Positions 28,421-35,902 of a DNA stretch of 64,000 bases are shown piece after piece. Within the stretch, counting starts at the first letter, position 1. Each line of letters opens with the position of its first letter. This stretch comes from an uncultured Bacteroidia bacterium. Its GTDB lineage: Bacteria; UBA4055. Below the pieces are notes generated by a model. That model was given only the letters and a program-made list of their open reading frames with translations, had not been told where the DNA came from and made no database searches. The DNA is taken from NCBI GenBank assembly GCA_964648295.1, contig CAZYNH010000003.1:96360-160359 (forward strand), written 5' to 3'. Both the position numbers and the translations under genes were made by a program.

Positions 28421-29674
28421 TCATTTTGCTGTATCAGGCACTTTTACAAGAATATTCACTGCGAATATGAATAATGAAATGACAACGAAAAGCGCGGGGA
28501 ACGAAAAATTATCGGCGATAAAGCCGAACACGGGAGCCAGAATTATTGTGAAGACGGCAGTGATCTGATTTTCAACTGAAAGTACCGTGGCCCTTTCATT
28601 CTTATCCATCATGTCGCCGATCGAATCAATGAATATAGGCCTTCTGAGATTCTTGAGCACGAACAGGAAAAGAAAGGCCGCGGCGACGATGTAGGTGAAT
28701 TCAAGTTTAACGGAAAAAGCTATCAGCAGGCAGGAGATGCCGAAAATGTTCATAGTTATCATCATAAGTTTAGCGGATGATCTTTTTGCGTTCAGTTTAT
28801 AGACATTTTTTGAGGCATAAGCGCTTATAATGTAGATCACCATATAGATCGCGGCGAGAGAAACTTTGAGAGACTGCTTTTCGTCAAGCTCCAGAAATGA
28901 GCCCAGGGCGATCGCGGATGCCAGAACTGCCATAATGGGCTGAATATAATCTTTGACACTTCCGAAAACCGCGTCGAAAAATGACGAGGAGGTTATCGTC
29001 TTAAGAGCCGCGGAATTTTTAGCGATCTTTTTAATGTGGGCGACGCTAAGGCGGAAAAATTCTCTGAAGCTGAATTTTGAAGCGGTTCTTTCATCAAGGC
29101 TGTCGGGGTAGGTCAGGATCAGTATCATGTCCATAATGTAAGGTATTACAGAGATAAGAAAAAGCCCTCTTAACGAGTCGATCTTAAAAAGAAATATGAC
29201 CGAGATGACCGATGACAGCGCTCCGCCGAGCATCGAATATGACCTTGTTCTGCCGTAAACGAAATTTTTGTGCATAAACCAGTTCTTCTGCTCGAGGTAG
29301 GAAAGTATCATAGCCTTGTGCGAACCCGACCTGAAAGCATCGCCGAGGCCGAAAAACACCATTGCGGCGGAGAAAACGATCATATCGGCGCCGAGAAAGA
29401 AAAGGATGAAAGAGATTATGTAGAATGTGAAGCACCAGATCAGTATGCGCTTTTTCCCGTAGTTGTCGGCGATAATGCCGGACGGTATCTCGAAAACAAA
29501 AGACAGGGCTTCCCTTACAGAATAAAGTATGCCTATCTGGAAAAGGTTAAGCCCGGACTGCATTAGGAAAATTATCAGAAAAGGTTCGAAAAACCTCAGA
29601 TCCTTAAAAAATCCGTAGGCGCAGAATTTCCATATCTGCAGGTCTTTTTTTATTTCTGAGTGGTCGCTTTTCAT
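28421..29674 (-). CDS. MFS transporter
   Basis: 417 aa with 12 predicted hydrophobic helices. G-x-x-x-D/R-like loop motifs between TM2 and TM3. Confidence 0.65.
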   Translation of the reverse strand: MKSDHSEIKKDLQIWKFCAYGFFKDLRFFEPFLIIFLMQSGLNLFQIGILYSVREALSFVFEIPSGIIADNYGKKRILIWCFTFYIISFILFFLGADMIVFSAAMVFFGLGDAFRSGSHKAMILSYLEQKNWFMHKNFVYGRTRSYSMLGGALSSVISVIFLFKIDSLRGLFLISVIPYIMDMILILTYPDSLDERTASKFSFREFFRLSVAHIKKIAKNSAALKTITSSSFFDAVFGSVKDYIQPIMAVLASAIALGSFLELDEKQSLKVSLAAIYMVIYIISAYASKNVYKLNAKRSSAKLMMITMNIFGISCLLIAFSVKLEFTYIVAAAFLFLFVLKNLRRPIFIDSIGDMMDKNERATVLSVENQITAVFTIILAPVFGFIADNFSFPALFVVISLFIFAVNILVKVPDTAK

Positions 29675-30312
29675 TTGAATATCTCTCCTGTCTGCTTATA
29701 CCAGAAAAGTATGTCGAGGTGGTGCATGGGGATACTGATCTTGTTTGAGAATTCCGTCATCTTATCCTCGATCTCAAGATAGATCTTTTCGCTGATGGTT
29801 TTTGGTATTTCGGATATGACTCCGAAAAGGACAAGGTTTTTGAGAATATGCCTGTCGAGTATCGCCAGTTTTTCACCGTAGCCTATGTTCCTTAAAAAAT
29901 GCGAAGCTTCCTTAAAGCTGTAACCTCTGATGTTCAGGGCGAGCCACTTTCTAAGCTTCTTTATTTCGTGAACATTATCGAGTATGAATTTCTTAAGGTC
30001 CATATTCATTACAAGTTCGCGGTTCTTTACCACATAACTGCTCTTGTTGTTATGGAACCTCACTCCTGTGATATTGCATCTCAATTCATCAGCCTCCGCC
30101 GTATAAAGAAGCCCGGTTGACTTGAGGTGTTCGATGCACTTCCAGCAGGATTTCGCTTTCGATTGCGGAGTAAAAGTACAGAAAGAAAGTTCGGCGAAAA
30201 GTTCCTCATTATCCATTGTTTTAAAGTTTTCCGAAAACTCTGATAGCCTTGTTTCGATATCCGTTTTTATCTTATCGTATATCAGCTTCACATCACTATA
30301 ATCTTCGTTCAT
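29671..30312 (-). CDS. ogg: 8-oxoguanine DNA glycosylase/AP lyase, Ogg2 (archaeal/clostridial) type
   Basis: 213 aa. HhH-GPD segment KEASHFLRNIGYGEKLAILDRHIL carries the catalytic Lys and Asp as in small Ogg enzymes. 4-nt overlap with the MFS gene. Confidence 0.7.
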   Translation of the reverse strand: MNEDYSDVKLIYDKIKTDIETRLSEFSENFKTMDNEELFAELSFCTFTPQSKAKSCWKCIEHLKSTGLLYTAEADELRCNITGVRFHNNKSSYVVKNRELVMNMDLKKFILDNVHEIKKLRKWLALNIRGYSFKEASHFLRNIGYGEKLAILDRHILKNLVLFGVISEIPKTISEKIYLEIEDKMTEFSNKISIPMHHLDILFWYKQTGEIFK

Positions 30313-30452
30313 ATCGTTATATCTCCGGGTATTATCCGATCAAACAGGTTAAAGATAAAATAATTTTAGCAAAATTATAACAAAAAATGTTTGGAAAACA
30401 GAATTAATTATGTTAATTTCTTAACAGTAACAAATACATAAGTACAGGGGCT

Positions 30453-31118
30453 ATGAAATTTCTGAACAGGTTCATAAAAAAGGGCAGATCATATAACGAA
30501 TCTGATAATAAAGGCACATTTCAGTCCAGTGTCGAGGCTGCTACTGAGTACTGGGTAAAAAGGAACAAACTAAAGAAATTCGAACCTTTTATTCTTTATA
30601 AATTTGAGGATGTTTCCGACGCTGTAAGCGCTCTGGCCAACCTGAGTTTCATTAAGGTGGCCACAGATACAGAAGAACTTATATGCACCGAGGAGCTTAT
30701 ATACGGTTATTATGAACTTGAAGACGGGAACTACGAGGTAATTCTTTGCGGGGAAGCCCTCAATAAAGAGAAATTCGATGAGGCCGAGAAATCCTTTATT
30801 GTAAACAACGGCAGCAAAATAAATTCCAAAATTCCGCCCGATATAGTAGTAAAGGGAATTAATCAAACAGCCGCTCAAAAACCTGCGGTGGTAAAGAAAG
30901 CGCCCGATGTCGAGTTCGTTATTGAGGAAAAGGCAATAAAAAAGGGGTTGCCATATACATTCACTGTATATAAAGCGAAAACAAAAGCCGACGCGGTAAC
31001 ATTTCTTCAGACTAAGCTTGTAATAAGCAGATCCCATGTAATAATCGTGAGAACGCCTCACGGGAGTTTCGGCAGGAACTACAACGGGATATTTACTCCG
31101 GGAAAGAATAACAGGTAG
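30453..31118 (+). CDS. uncharacterised protein, paralog A of a duplicated family flanking a GNAT gene
   Basis: 221 aa. About 50% identical over the first ~130 aa to the ORF at 31566-32177 (shared SDNxGxF, EYWxxRN, EPFxLYKF, DTEExICTExLIYGYY, YEVxLCGE, KSFIxN, AVTFL, GRNxxGIF). Confidence 0.7.
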   Translation: MKFLNRFIKKGRSYNESDNKGTFQSSVEAATEYWVKRNKLKKFEPFILYKFEDVSDAVSALANLSFIKVATDTEELICTEELIYGYYELEDGNYEVILCGEALNKEKFDEAEKSFIVNNGSKINSKIPPDIVVKGINQTAAQKPAVVKKAPDVEFVIEEKAIKKGLPYTFTVYKAKTKADAVTFLQTKLVISRSHVIIVRTPHGSFGRNYNGIFTPGKNNR

Positions 31119-31141
31119 TTTCCTTTTAGGAGGAGGATATT

Positions 31142-31558
31142 ATGCTTGCGGTTTTCCAGACACAATACATTAAAGATGGCGGCAGGATAAGGTCGGTCAG
31201 GCATAAAGTATTCGTTGAAGGGCAGAATGTCCCTGAAGATATCGAGATTGACGGGAAAGATCCTGAATGCTATCATGTCCTTCTGACAAAGAACGATATC
31301 CCGATCGGTACCGGAAGAATGGAGCAGGACGGGCATATAGGAAGGATCGCCGTCCTTGAGGAATACAGGGGGATGAACTTCGGCACAATGATAATGAACA
31401 AGCTCGAAGAAATAGCGGTAATGAACGGAATAATGACCGTCTACCTGAACTCGCAGAAACAAGCAATTCCGTTCTACATGAAACTGGGATATGAGACAGT
31501 CGGCGATGATTTCATCGAGGCGGGAATAGAGCACAAGAAAATGATCAAAAATTTATGA
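31142..31558 (+). CDS. GNAT-family N-acetyltransferase (ElaA/YjcF-like)
   Basis: 138 aa. VFVEGQNVPEDIEIDGKDPECYHVLL…GRIAVLEEYRGMNFGTMIM follows the ElaA-type GNAT pattern. AGGAGG RBS. Confidence 0.7.
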   Translation: MLAVFQTQYIKDGGRIRSVRHKVFVEGQNVPEDIEIDGKDPECYHVLLTKNDIPIGTGRMEQDGHIGRIAVLEEYRGMNFGTMIMNKLEEIAVMNGIMTVYLNSQKQAIPFYMKLGYETVGDDFIEAGIEHKKMIKNL

Positions 31559-31565
31559 GGATAAT

Positions 31566-32177
31566 ATGAGCATACTGGACGGAATATTCGGCGGTAAAAA
31601 ATCCTTCAGGCAATCCGACAACATGGGAATATTTCATAATTCTCCGGAGATTTCATCCGAATACTGGCTGCAGAGGAACTCGACTCAGAATTATGAACCG
31701 TTCCTATTGTATAAATTCAGTGAGGAATCGGATGCGGTAAATGCTCTTCTGGATATAGATTGTATTAAGATCGCCGAAGACACTGAAGAGATAATATGCA
31801 CGGAAGCTCTTATATACGGATATTATCCTGTTCAGGGCGGGGAATATGAAGTTGTCCTTTGCGGCGAGGGTATATCCCGCGCTCTTTTCATAAACGCCAA
31901 GAAATCTTTCATTAAGAATAAGGGCATAAAGCTGAAAGAAAAAGAACCCGATGCCACTGATGAAGATAAAAAACATGAACAGGTAAAGTTCTTCAAAGAG
32001 AAAAGTGAAGTCAGGTCAGGTCATACATATACATACAGAATTTATAAGGGCCCGAACGCAAAAGCCGCTGTTACTTTCCTTGAAGAAAATCCGGTAGAAG
32101 AAAATCTACTTAATATAATCGTAGAGACCCCCGAAGGCAATTACGGCAGGAATAATCAGGGTATTTTTAAGCAATAG
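31566..32177 (+). CDS. uncharacterised protein, paralog B of the duplicated family
   Basis: 203 aa. See paralog A. Starts 8 nt after the GNAT stop. Confidence 0.7.
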   Translation: MSILDGIFGGKKSFRQSDNMGIFHNSPEISSEYWLQRNSTQNYEPFLLYKFSEESDAVNALLDIDCIKIAEDTEEIICTEALIYGYYPVQGGEYEVVLCGEGISRALFINAKKSFIKNKGIKLKEKEPDATDEDKKHEQVKFFKEKSEVRSGHTYTYRIYKGPNAKAAVTFLEENPVEENLLNIIVETPEGNYGRNNQGIFKQ

Positions 32178-32423
32178 AAAGGGCCGTAAATCGCTGTTTC
32201 ACAAAGTTATTCACAATCAGTAAACAAAAGAATCAGTAAAAATTTCTGTGAAAATCTGTATTTTTTTCTTGACTTTGTTTTCATTACGGCCAAGTGTGCG
32301 GTCGATAGAATTACTGTCTATATGTTATACTGATCAGCTTAATACAAGCTTATGTCAAGAAAAAAAACAAAAATTTTATTTCAAAAACCCGGGTATTATC
32401 AACAACTTGTTCACAAAGCACAG

Positions 32424-34874
32424 TTATCTGTTTTCGTAAGTTGCGGCAGTTTTATCAGTTTTGGCATATATGATCTTATTTTTATTTACCGATATCTTTA
32501 TAAAATCGCCGTATTTTATTTCTCCTGATATTATTTTCTCAGCTACGGGATCCTCGATCAGATTCTCAACAGCTCTTTTTAACGGCCTTGCCCCGTTCTC
32601 GGAGTCATAGAATTCATTCAGAATATATGTCCTGACCTTTGGAGACACCAGAAGATGCACATCTATCTTCGCGAGTTTTTCGCACGAACTGTCAATATGG
32701 TTCTGGATAATCTGAAGGACCGCGTTCTCAGAAAGATGATTGAAAACAAGCACTTCATCTATTCTGTTTAAAAATTCCGGTTTGAAATGCCTTTCGGTAT
32801 CTTTCCTCAATGCTTCTTTCATCTTTATCTCTTTTTCCTCAAAAGAGACTTTGCTTCCGAACCCGATATTATCTGTTCCTGAAAGGCTTTTTGAGCCGAT
32901 ATTCGATGTAAATATTATTATTGTGTTCTTAAAATCGACTTTTCTGCCATTGCCGTCTGTAAGAGTTCCTTCGTCCAGCACCTGCAGCAGCATTCCGAAA
33001 ACTTCAGGATGGGCTTTTTCAATTTCATCAAAAAGGACTACGGAATAGGGGTGTCTCCTGACTTTTTCGCTGAGCTGACCGCCCTCGCCATAGCCGACAT
33101 AACCGGGAGGTGACCCTATCATTCTGGAAACGTTGAACTTTTCCATATATTCGCTCATATCGATCTTGATCAATGACCTCTGATTCTCGAATATCTCTTC
33201 CGCGAGAACTTTAGCAAGCTCGGTTTTTCCGACTCCTGTCGGGCCCAGGAACAGAAATGAACCGATCGGCCTTTTGGGGTCTTTGAATCCGGTTCTTGCT
33301 CTTTTCACCCTCCTTATAACAGCCTCGACAGCCTCATTCTGGTCAATGATCTTTTTTGAGATGGTCTTTGATATCCTGTTGAGCCGGTTGCTTTCTGATA
33401 TTTCAAGCTTGGAAATGGGTATAGAGGTCATCATCGATATGATATCTCTAATATTATCAACGCTTATATTCAGGAATTTGTTCGAAGCGGATTTCTGCCA
33501 GACCTCCCTTTCCTTCTCAAGCGATTCTCTTAATCCGGCAATTCTGTCCCTGATTTCCGCGGCTTTTTCAAAATCCTGTTTTTCTATATGGTGATTTTTA
33601 TCCCTGTTGAGAATGTCTATCTGCTCCTCAAGATCGGTTATTTTCTGAGGGATCTTTACGGTCAGGTGCTTCTTCGCGCCCGCCTCATCAATAACATCGA
33701 TCGCTTTATCAGGCAGGAACCTGTCTGTGATATATCTGTCGCTGAGTTCCGCGGCCGCAAGCAGGCATTCGTCTGAGTATTTCACCTTATGGTGCTTCTC
33801 ATATTTCGGCTGGAGCCCTTTGAGTATCTCGTATGTTTCAGACACTGAGGAAGGGTTAACCAGCACCTTCTGGAACCTTCTTTCCAGAGCTCCGTCTTTC
33901 TCTATTGTTGTCCTGTATTCGTCCAGCGTGGTCGCTCCGATGCACTGGATCTCACCGCGGGCTAGAGACGGTTTAAGCATGTTCGACGCGTCCATTGATC
34001 CGGTCGTGCTTCCCGCTCCCACGATCGTGTGTATCTCGTCAAGGAATAAAATCGTGTTCCTGTCGTTCTCTATCTCCTTAATAACCGCTTTTATCCTTTC
34101 CTCGAACTGCCCTCTGTATTTAGTGCCTGCTATAAGCATGCCGAGATCAAGGCCCAGTATCCGTTTATTCAGCAGGACCGACGGTACGGATTTTTCGATT
34201 ATTTTAACCGCGAGCCCCTCAACGATAGCTGTTTTTCCCGTGCCGGGCTCGCCTATCAGTATCGGATTATTCTTTTTTCGTCTGGAAAGTATCTGAATTA
34301 TCCTGTCTATCTCTTCAGACCTGCCTATAACGGGGTCCAGTTTCCCGTCCCTTGCGAGCTGAGTAATGTCGTGCGAGAACATCTCAAGCGAAAATTCCGG
34401 CTGCTGGTCCATCTTCTCAAAAGGGTTCTTTGCCTGCTTCTGGCCGGTTCCGGCCAGGATTATCTGCTTTACTCTCTGGTAGGTCACTCCGTGAAATCTG
34501 AGTATCCTCTCAGGAAAAGTATTTACTGCCTTTGTGAGTGAAAGCAGAAGATGTTCGGTGCCTGAATAAACGCTGTTCAGCTCGGCCGACTCGACTATTG
34601 ACTGAGCCAGTATCCTGTCGCTTTCATGGCTTATAGGTATAAAACCAATCTTGATAAGGCTTTTATTTCTTGAAAGGCCGTTCTCCAGGTCACGGGCCGC
34701 GGTAACAAGATCGCAGTTAAGCTTTTTCAGTATATTTACAGCTGTACTCTCATTCAGCCTGAACATCGCGAGGGCAAGGTGTCCCGGGTAAACTGTATCG
34801 TTCCCGAGCTGAAGAGTGATCTCCTTGGCCAGGTTGATCAGTTTTATCATTCGTGTTGAGAAATTTGTTTCCAT
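32424..34874 (-). CDS. clpC: ATP-dependent Clp protease ATP-binding subunit ClpC
   Basis: 816 aa. Clp_N repeats at the N-terminus. Two AAA+ modules (GEPGTGKTAIVEGLA and FLGPTGVGKTELAKVLA). UVR-like linker (DFEKAAEIRDRIAGLRESL). Confidence 0.85.
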   Translation of the reverse strand: METNFSTRMIKLINLAKEITLQLGNDTVYPGHLALAMFRLNESTAVNILKKLNCDLVTAARDLENGLSRNKSLIKIGFIPISHESDRILAQSIVESAELNSVYSGTEHLLLSLTKAVNTFPERILRFHGVTYQRVKQIILAGTGQKQAKNPFEKMDQQPEFSLEMFSHDITQLARDGKLDPVIGRSEEIDRIIQILSRRKKNNPILIGEPGTGKTAIVEGLAVKIIEKSVPSVLLNKRILGLDLGMLIAGTKYRGQFEERIKAVIKEIENDRNTILFLDEIHTIVGAGSTTGSMDASNMLKPSLARGEIQCIGATTLDEYRTTIEKDGALERRFQKVLVNPSSVSETYEILKGLQPKYEKHHKVKYSDECLLAAAELSDRYITDRFLPDKAIDVIDEAGAKKHLTVKIPQKITDLEEQIDILNRDKNHHIEKQDFEKAAEIRDRIAGLRESLEKEREVWQKSASNKFLNISVDNIRDIISMMTSIPISKLEISESNRLNRISKTISKKIIDQNEAVEAVIRRVKRARTGFKDPKRPIGSFLFLGPTGVGKTELAKVLAEEIFENQRSLIKIDMSEYMEKFNVSRMIGSPPGYVGYGEGGQLSEKVRRHPYSVVLFDEIEKAHPEVFGMLLQVLDEGTLTDGNGRKVDFKNTIIIFTSNIGSKSLSGTDNIGFGSKVSFEEKEIKMKEALRKDTERHFKPEFLNRIDEVLVFNHLSENAVLQIIQNHIDSSCEKLAKIDVHLLVSPKVRTYILNEFYDSENGARPLKRAVENLIEDPVAEKIISGEIKYGDFIKISVNKNKIIYAKTDKTAATYENR

Positions 34875-34890
34875 TTAAAACCTCGAGAAC

Positions 34891-35532
34891 TTAATATGTA
34901 ATCTTTTCTTCAATAACTTCGTCATATTTCTTTTTAGCTACAGATCTTACATTTTCGATAAAAGGGTCCATAAGGGTTGATATTCTGTAAGCGGCGTATC
35001 CAATGCGTGAATAAGTGCGTGTTTTTTCATCTTCCGAATCCGGCGCTTCATTATCTGCCTCCGCCGGCAGTATTTTATCCGAGGCTAAACTGACAGCCTT
35101 TTTTATTATCTCATCTGTTCCTCTGTCGGGAGTAACATGCTTTCTTAAAAAAGGGTCTCCCTGCGCGAACAGGCGTATAATAACGAAGATTAATGTTACT
35201 GTCAGAAAACCGTTGACGGCCCCGAAAACGATACCCGCAGCCCTGTTTGGAAGAGAAGCGATCGCGAAATTCACCGTTTTACTGACCAGCCATCCCGATA
35301 TACAGAATATCGAAAAAATGATGAAGAAGGAGGCTGTGGCTGTAAGTATCCGGACAATACTGTCCGGTTCATCAGAGAAACGCTCCGCCAGAAAAGTACT
35401 GAGAGTGGTGTTGAAATAGAAGGCGCAGAATATACCCGCCGCGTTGAACAGCTGGGCTATAAAGCCTTTCCAGAATCCGACTATGGCGAAAACAGCTATT
35501 ACGGAAATTACAAAGACATCAAAAAAATTCAT
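34891..35532 (-). CDS. cvpA: CvpA-family membrane protein
   Basis: 213 aa. N-terminal MNFFDVFVISVIAVFAIVGFWKGFIAQL… with four TM helices typical of colicin V production protein. Confidence 0.55.
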   Translation of the reverse strand: MNFFDVFVISVIAVFAIVGFWKGFIAQLFNAAGIFCAFYFNTTLSTFLAERFSDEPDSIVRILTATASFFIIFSIFCISGWLVSKTVNFAIASLPNRAAGIVFGAVNGFLTVTLIFVIIRLFAQGDPFLRKHVTPDRGTDEIIKKAVSLASDKILPAEADNEAPDSEDEKTRTYSRIGYAAYRISTLMDPFIENVRSVAKKKYDEVIEEKITY

Positions 35533-35562
35533 TTACCGGCTCCGAAGAATTGACTGCAATAT

Positions 35563-35596
35563 AAAAAAAAAGAGTGAACAAGTCACTCTTTTTTTA
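35563..35596. terminator. intrinsic terminator downstream of rpsU
   Basis: A8-AGAGTGA-ACAAG-TCACTCT-T7. Perfect 7-bp stem. Confidence 0.8.
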
Positions 35597-35614
35597 TAGC
35601 GATTTAAAGTATGA

Positions 35615-35818
35615 TCAAAATCCTCTGTTCTGCATCCTCTGGATCTTCTGCTGTTTTCTCATCGCCTGGATCCTTTCTCTTCTGTGTACCCATGTCGGCT
35701 TGTCGTACCTTTCCCTCAATCTGAGTTCTGCAAGGACGCCGCTCTTTTCAAATGTTTTGGTAAATCTTTTTAAAGCTTTTTCAAAGTGTTCACCATCTCT
35801 GATCTTAATGTGTATCAC
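35615..35818 (-). CDS. rpsU: 30S ribosomal protein bS21
   Basis: 67 aa. MIHIKIRDGEHFEKALKRFTKTFEKSGVLAELRLRERYDKPT… matches S21 throughout. Confidence 0.9.
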   Translation of the reverse strand: MIHIKIRDGEHFEKALKRFTKTFEKSGVLAELRLRERYDKPTWVHRRERIQAMRKQQKIQRMQNRGF

Positions 35819-35902
35819 TGACTTTCACCTCCTTTTAAGCGCGATACATAACGGGTGGTAAATATAATGAACTGTTATCCGGCCCGCAACATATATTTTA
35901 AT

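Noticed and set aside
30570-31534. 163-aa and 151-aa minus-strand ORFs overlapping paralog A and the GNAT gene
   Set aside because: The plus-strand ORFs are supported by paralog conservation and GNAT motifs. The antisense translations are Tyr/Phe/Cys-rich low-complexity sequence.
33727-34296. 189-aa and other 60-110-aa ORFs antisense to clpC
   Set aside because: All are embedded in the clpC coding region, which has unambiguous AAA+ motifs. Their translations are Ser/Leu-rich shadows.
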